Shown: piece after piece, positions 28,206 to 34,776 of the stretch
Layout of the letters: each line of letters starts with the position of its first letter
Numbering within the stretch: the first letter of the stretch is position 1
Program-made: the position numbers and the translations under genes
The notes under the pieces: generated by a model
The model's input: the letters and a program-made list of their open reading frames with translations, nothing else
Told to the model about the DNA's origin: nothing
Database searches by the model: none
Source of the DNA: Mesotaenium endlicherianum
Taxonomy: Eukaryota
Direction of reading: 5' to 3'
Length of the DNA stretch: 34,776 nucleotides
Assembly: GCA_009602735.1 (NCBI GenBank)
Contig: WELA01002721.1
Coordinates: 57,196 to 91,971, forward strand

Positions 28206-30200
28206 ATGGCCAAAACTGTAGAGGGTGACGGTACGGCAGCGGCAGTGGCAGCATTGCCAGAGTCATGGGAGACTGCAGATCTTGATGGGCAAATGAGAAA
28301 CTTAATGCTGCAACCCGTAACAAGTGCAGGTTACCCTCAAAATGTGCTTGACGCATGGGAAGATGCTACCCACAACAAGGCCAAGTCTGGTAGTGGCCCC
28401 GAAACAATGGCTGCAGCGGGAAGTTCTACTTCACGGGCTAGCGTAAGCATACTGGCAACGCCTGCTGGGTTTGGGAAGAATCTGGAAGAAATGGACGTGT
28501 TTCTCAAAGAAGCTCTTCAAAATCCTCGTGATCGTATTACCAGTAAGTTCTTGTTAGACAGTATTTTTGCTTCATCATCATGTTGTCATCAGTTTTGACT
28601 GGATATTTTCCTTGTTTGTGAATGGCAAACCATGTGCAATTACTGCACATTTGGTACTTAGTTGCCTGCTGTTTTTCCTCTGTGCTAAGTCACCATACCT
28701 GTGCATGATAGAGAATTCCACTTGCAACTGATATTTTGTGCATTAATGCCCAGGGTTTTTCCTCCCTGAATATCCTTGGGTGCAGCCTTCATGAGATAAC
28801 TTCTGAAGGATGAGGTCATTCATTCCGGTTGCTTATTTGACTTATTTTGTCTTGGCCGGTGCTTCTGTGCCATTATCTCATTACAGTTCTTCGAATGGAG
28901 CAAGACATCGAGAAGTTCATGAGGAACCCAAAGCAGCAAGTCTTTGAATTCCAGACGATTGGCACCTCGTACTATAGGCTTGCAGCACACAGGGTAGCCC
29001 AGCATTATCAGCTGCATTCAACTGCAGGAGATGTGTCAGTTGGTGAAATGGGTCGCATTGTTGTGAGGAAGACTCCAGAGAGCTGTTTCCCTGCCATCCG
29101 CTTGGCAGATGTACCTGAGTCTGCTAGCAGCAGTGTAGCAGATGGTCCTAAGAAGCTCATCCAACGGCCGCGATCAAACAGCGCCTCTGATCTTCTGTCC
29201 GTCGGTAGCACAGGCTCAAAATTGAACCCCACAAAGACAGTGGAAGAAAGGAAGGAGGAATATGAAAGAGCAAGGGCTAGAATCTTTGCCACGTCTTCAT
29301 CTGTTGGCTCGCCAGTCTCTAATGGCAGCAGCCCTGCCAGCGGGGCGAGGTCAACGCAGCCTGACAAGGGCCTGTCTGCACCTCCAGCACTGCAGTCGAT
29401 GACTCCGGCCACCAGTGGACTGTTGACAAGTGGCAGTAACCCAGGTGCTGCTCGGGCAGGAACAGAGTGGGACAAAGTGGACAAGAAGGTACCGAATAGC
29501 ACGAGAATTACCGGCAGTGGCAGAGGGTTTGGTGCGAAAGAGGAGGGAGGCGAGCGAGATGGGGGAGGCAGAAGGGGCGGAGCTGGCGCCAAGGCCGGGG
29601 GGAGAGGAAACATCGACCAAGGCGGGGTAGGAGGAGGGGGAGGCAGAGGCAGGGGCCGAGTGGCAATCTTCAGAGACCGCGAAAAGGACCGCCAGGATCC
29701 GGACTACCACCGCGGCTATGACAGGTGTGCAATGTCTTGAGAATGGGCTGGCGGCAAAACGGCTGCTTTTCTGAGAAATGTGGCAGACCGCGGCCCATTG
29801 CTTATTGGCCCCAGGGTGATTGGCTCGCCATTCAATGCACTTGGCAGGCATTGCCAATGGCACCACACAGTGCACCTTAGTACAGCGTGGGCTCCAGGTT
29901 GCCCCCTGCCATACACAGGCTACTCACATGGGTCGCAGTCAGACGTGGTCGAGACGTGGTCGAGATGTGGTCAGACTTCGTCAAAGCATGTTGGCTCGGT
30001 CAAAAGCATGGTCAGACTGGTCTACGACATGGTCAGGCTTGGTCAAAGACTTGTCCAGACTTGGTCAGACTTGGTCAAGATGTGTGAAGCCTCGAAGCGT
30101 CCGGCAGTCTGGCAGGATCTCAAGTTGTCAAGAACATACTGCTTGTTGCCGGTTTGGCAGGTCATGTTAGGCGTGCATTCCAGGGGGCATCGGCACCAAG

Positions 30201-30243
<43 letters not shown>

Positions 30244-30551
30244 NNNNNNNNNNNNNNNNNNNNNNNNNNNNNNNNNNNNNNNNNNNNNNNNNNNNNNNNN
30301 NNNNNNNNNNNNNNNNNNNNNNNNNNNNNNNNNNNNNNNNNNNNNNNNNNNNNNNNNNNNNNNNNNNNNNNNNNNNNNNNNNNNNNNNNNNNNNNNNNNN
30401 NNNNNNNNNNNNNNNNNNNNNNNNNNNNNNNNNNNNNNNNNNNNNNNNNNNNNNNNNNNNNNNNNNNNNNNNNNNNNNNNNNNNNNNNNNNNNNNNNNNN
30501 NNNNNNNNNNNNNNNNNNNNNNNNNNNNNNNNNNNNNNNNNNNNNNNNNNN

Positions 30552-30632
<81 letters not shown>

Positions 30633-31646
30633 GAGCAGGCGGGCCAAAGTGTGCTTTACTAAAACCTGGACCCGGGACTTGGACCCTGACAATACTCTTG
30701 CAGTCTGGAGTCTATGCAATGTTCTTAGAATTCATACTGTAGTACCATAAGCGGGATCCTGATTCTAGTTATGCTTGAGATGTGGAGTCTGGTAGTATAC
30801 CCGGGCCTGGACTTTGGTAGTACTACTTACACTGGCAACATTCCCGTTCAAGGAGGGGAGTCTAGCATCTCACCCCTGGCCGCCTCCTGGTGTGTTGCGC
30901 ATTGGGTCTCTCTGTCTCTGCACCCTTTTTTCTTTGTCTCCTTCGTTTCCTGCATCTCTCTTGTTCTCTTCGCCTGTCGTCTCCTGCACCCTTTGCCTTA
31001 CGCCCCCTTTGTCTTACCCGCCCTACATTTTCTGCGCCCTTTCCCGCGCCCGTTGTGTTCTGCACCCTCTGTCTCCTGCGCCCTCTTTCTTCCTCTCCTT
31101 CTCCCGCGACCCGCTGGCAGATACTCCCAGAGGTTCGACCCCGGTTTCGGGGTGGCGACGGCTCAGATGCCCGCCATCTACGGCGTGCAGCCCGTCTATG
31201 CCCCCGTCATCACGTACGACTCAGAGTTCCCCACCCTGGACCTCGGGGGTGCCAGCATGAGCATAGCTCCCGGCTCCAGCCATCCCTCCCTCGGCGTGGC
31301 AATGGACCCCTCCCAGGGGGGGGGCGGGGGCGGGGGCGGGTGGCCCAATGCTGCCCAGATGGGCGGCGGCGGCGGCGGGTGGGGGGGCCGTGCTGGGGGC
31401 ATGGGGTCGGCTGCGGCGGGCCAGTATGGAAGGGGGGGGGACCCGCGCATGATGATGATGAACAACCCCCCCCAGTACCCACATGCTGCAAACGCGCGCG
31501 GCATGGGGCAGGGGGCCGCACACATGTACGCCTATCAGCAGCAGCAGGCGCTGGCAATGGCAGCATATGCGGGGGCTGCGGGGGTACCTCCCGGCGGCGG
31601 CGCACCCTACTTGCCAGCAGATGCCTACCAGCCCTCCTTTCCACAG
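28206..31646 (+). CDS. R3H + SUZ domain RNA-binding protein (R3HDM/ARPP21/Encore-like); terminal exon not resolved
   Basis: Exons 28206-28542, 28887-29724 and 31121-31646 have GT..AG boundaries, phases 1 and 2, then a phase-0 donor. Motifs: PESWETADLD, DVFLKEALQNPRDRIT|ILRMEQDIEKF, R3H motif TSYYRLAAHRVAQHYQL, SUZ core KTVEERKEEYERARARIF, GRVAIFRDREKDRQDPDYHRGYDR|YSQRFDPGFG. Confidence 0.93.
29938..30080. repeat. degenerate 10-11-bp tandem repeat, consensus TGGTC(A/G)AGAC(G/T), intronic
   Basis: gtcagacgtggtcgagacgtggtcgagatgtggtcagacttcgtcaaagc...tggtcaaagacttgtccagacttggtcagacttggtcaaga. Confidence 0.8.
30202..30630. repeat. (CT)n microsatellite interrupted by assembly gap 30244-30551
   Basis: Perfect CT repeats on both sides of the N run. 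Confidence 0.97.
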
Positions 31647-32836
31647 GTGAGCCCCTTTCCCCTGGGGAGCCCTGTGTGTGCTGCCGCCTGGCACCCCAGT
31701 TGCAGGGGGAGATGAGAGAGAGAGAGGCCTCACTGTTTCCAGGGGAGCCCCTCGTATGCTGCTGGGGCACATGCCCAGCCCCGTGTCTGCAGTCCTGGCA
31801 CGTTCCCAGCCTGCTTGTAAGGGGGATGGGAAAGGGAGGGAGGATAATAGGGGGGGTGAGTTGGTGGCGCAACGCGGATTTGGCCCCCCCTGTGTCTTTG
31901 CGTGCCTGTCATATTTGCTGGCCCTGGTGTCTGCACTCCCTGCACCCTCACGCCTGGCATGGGGTGAAAGAAGTTACGGCCCCCTTTTTACAGAAGCAAT
32001 GTTGGCCTTTTATTTTTCGCTCTTTTCTCCTCGCTGTTGTTAATCTACCTCCTCCGACCTCAACAAGGCTTGGAGGTAGGGAGAGACGGAGGAGCGTTAA
32101 AAAGTCAAAAGTTGGACTGTCGACTGGACAGCCTTGGGCACCTGGTGACACGTTCGTTGTGGTGGCATCTGGTAACACCTATGGGAGGTGCTTGTGGCCG
32201 GTTGGACGCGTGTGAGCAGCAGAGTGTCAGCCAAGCAAGCCAACCAGGCGCTTCCACGTTGTCAGCAGCGCGCCGCCATTAGGTGGCGGCGGCAGTCTTT
32301 GCCCCGACCCCTCTCCCCCCTTCCTTCCCCTCCCCTCCTCTTTACTCTCCTCTCTTTCATTCTCCTATCTCTTCTACTTGGCAAGGGGTGCGGGGGTTGG
32401 ATAAGGGGCAGGGGCAGGGGTTGGATGGGGGGCAGGGCAGGGCAAGGACAGGGGCTGGGCCTAAGGCAGGGCCTAGAGAGGGGGAGGTTGTACTGGCAGG
32501 TGTGAAGGATGCGAAAGAAGCACCTTATCTAGGCACATTCGAGTCTCAGAGTGAGGTTTGCCTCAGACTGTGGCTCTGGAGGGGGCACAGCCAGGCTCCG
32601 TCTGAGCTCCAAGCAGACACCAGCGAAGGAAGAGGGAAGAGGGAAGAGAAGGGGGAGGACGACGGGGGTGGGGGGGAGGGAGCGGGAGGTTAGAGGAGGG
32701 GCGTATCACACCACGCGCTGAGGCAGCCCTCCGGTCTTGCGGGTGGAGCCAGCCGTGCGGGCAGTGGCTGGGACAGACCGATGCAAGCACCAAGAGAGCT
32801 TAGCTTGTCCAAGCTAGCTCAAGCTTGCTTGGGCTT

Positions 32837-32900
32837 GAGCTGGAGCTGGAGCTGGAGCTGGAGCTGGAGCTGGAGCTGGAGCTGGAGCTTGAGCTTGAGC
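32837..32900. repeat. (GAGCTG)n hexanucleotide repeat
   Basis: About 10 copies; the terminal ones are GAGCTT. Confidence 0.95.
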
Positions 32901-33862
32901 AGAGCGTGCGCTGCCCGTGCTGCAAGAAAGAGGGGGGCCTCATGCAGGCGCGCGCGGGCGCCCGCTCTGCTGCGTGCGCTAATCTGCGCCGCCATGTGCT
33001 GGAGATGCCTGAGAGAGAGGGCGAAGCTTCAGTCAGGCAGCCCCCCTTGACCCCGACGCGGGCGTCTGCCCTGCGGCTTTCCTGAGGCCGGGAGCGGGCG
33101 GCTGGCTGTGTGCTTCTTCAGTGGCCGTGCCGAGCTCGAGAGTGGGCTGGCTGCATGCCCCTGCAGTGGCCATGCTGCGGCGGTATTGGCCGGCTGGTGT
33201 GCCTGTGCCTCTGCAGCAGGTCGTGCTGAGACGGGGGGAGAGTAGCCGGCTGGCCGGATGCCTTCAGAGTGGCCGTGCTGAGACGGGAGTAGCTGGCGGT
33301 CATGAAGGAAGCAGTGGCCCCGCTGAGGTCTGGCCCGTGATGGTGACTGTTCTCTCCAGGCCCCTGCTCCTGCTCCTTCCGCTGTCGCCGCCGCTACTGT
33401 GTTTGGCGCTCTTTGTGGTCTTGTGCCACGCTGGCTCCAAAGGGAAGGGAAAGGAGAGGACGCGTGCAAGTGGCCCGTGGGGTACATCGCAGGAATGGGC
33501 CGAGGTGTGCAGTAACTGCCCGGACTGATGCCCTCCCCCTCGTCCCACCCGGCTTCTCCCCAATGGCGTACAAGAAGGTGTCCAGCAGGCTGCCAAGTCT
33601 TGCCTGTCGCCCGTGTTGGGCGTGGCATCGGGCATAGCTTCAGGCGGCTCCGGCCAGCTTCAGGCGGCTCCGGCTCAGGCCTGGGCCAGGTATGGGGCTC
33701 TGTTCAGGCTCACCCAAGAGCAAGATGGGCCTTCTTGTGAGACTGGGCAATGGGACCACAGGCAGCCTCTCCACTTCCGGGAGGTGCTCAGAAGTGGAAA
33801 GAAGGGAGGGGAAGAGGAGGGGGCGTGGTGGGGGTGCATGCTTGCGCTGCGTGTGCCTGGGG

Positions 33863-33966
33863 GGGAGTCGGAGCCCCAGAGGGAGCCTGAGACCTTGGGG
33901 GAGCCTGAGGCCTGGAAGGATCCTTAGCCCCAGAGGAGCCTTGGCCCCAGTGGGGGGAGCCTGAGC
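33863..33966. repeat. degenerate ~18-bp minisatellite (GGGAGCCTGAG core)
   Basis: gggagtcggagccccaga gggagcctgagaccttgg gggagcctgaggcctgga aggatccttagccccaga ggagccttggccccagtggg gggagcctgagc. Confidence 0.7.
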
Positions 33967-34776
33967 TTGCATCAGAGACTCTTGGCACAGGGGGGAGGCA
34001 CTGGGTTTTTCCCCTTGGGCGGGGCTGTCAGCCTATGGAGTGGCATTTGCAGCTAGGTAGAGACTAGCGCGCGCTACCTCGGGTTCAGCCAGCGGTCGTC
34101 CAACCAGAGCTGGCGAGGGGCTGACGGCGCTCCCCTTGGGCTTGGCTGGTAGTCTTCTGACTGGAGCGGGCTAGGAGCTGTCGCGCCCACCTATGGCTCG
34201 GCAGCGAGTCGTTGACTGGACCGAGCGAGCAAGGGGCTGACTTGCTCCTGGCTTTGGGCGGGCGGAGCGCGAGCCTGAGTGCGCGACCCGAAGGGATGTG
34301 GCGCGCGCGTGCGCTCCGCGCCTGGCACAGAGCCCGTAAGTCTCCGCTGGGTCTCCCGCCGCGTCCTCCACTTTGTGGCCAACGGTGCGGCGTGCGTGTG
34401 CTTGCTCTTCATGTCGGGGCAGGTTCCTCCAGAGGTTGCCTAACACCTGTGTCTCGGAAGTGGCCGGCGGCCTGACAGCTGGTTTTGCTGCGCAGAGCGC
34501 GGTCTCTGCGTGTGCCCCAGGCCATGCAGAGTTTCTGTGGCGCCTGTGCACCCCATCTGTGGATCTGCAGGTTGGACAAGCTCGGCCAGCAGCCAGCTCA
34601 ACCAGCAGCCAGCGGCCAGCTCAGCCAGCGGCCGACGGCCAGTGCCATCAGCTCTTTTAGCCTTGGTTGGCTGACATAGCTCAGTCCCGTATATGCATCT
34701 CGCATGGCTTTGAGTAGAGGTTGCTCCCCCCTCCCCCTTCACCCCCCCACCCTACACCCGCAACCACACCAACAAC

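Noticed and set aside
31647..34776. Candidate terminal exons for R3H-SUZ (acceptors near 32499, 33040, 34570) and other GC-rich ORFs
   Set aside because: None shows recognisable conservation, so none can be chosen without transcript data.

Overview
This is eukaryotic nuclear DNA with GT-AG introns, microsatellites and five N gaps. The plant-type gene set and GC-rich, low-complexity introns suggest a streptophyte, possibly a zygnematophycean-type alga (inference). Six spliced genes can be reconstructed by hand: (1) an NADPH-dependent 2-alkenal/double-bond reductase (-, 4 exons, runs off the left edge); (2) an ER-membrane-anchored bZIP17/28-type transcription factor (+, spans a gap); (3) an unassigned two-exon Myb/SANT + acidic + coiled-coil gene (+); (4) CRR7, a chloroplast NDH assembly factor (+, last exon only, absent from the ORF track); (5) a complete 6-exon Alfin-like PHD gene (-); (6) an R3H-SUZ RNA-binding protein (+, terminal exon unresolved). 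Genes 1/2 and 5/6 are divergent pairs. No rRNA, tRNA, CRISPR array or intact transposon is supported. I found no clear-cut new multi-gene system. The best novelty candidate is the TRB-like Myb/coiled-coil gene with a divergent recognition helix, which sits beside about 7 kb of unexplained, decayed-looking sequence.
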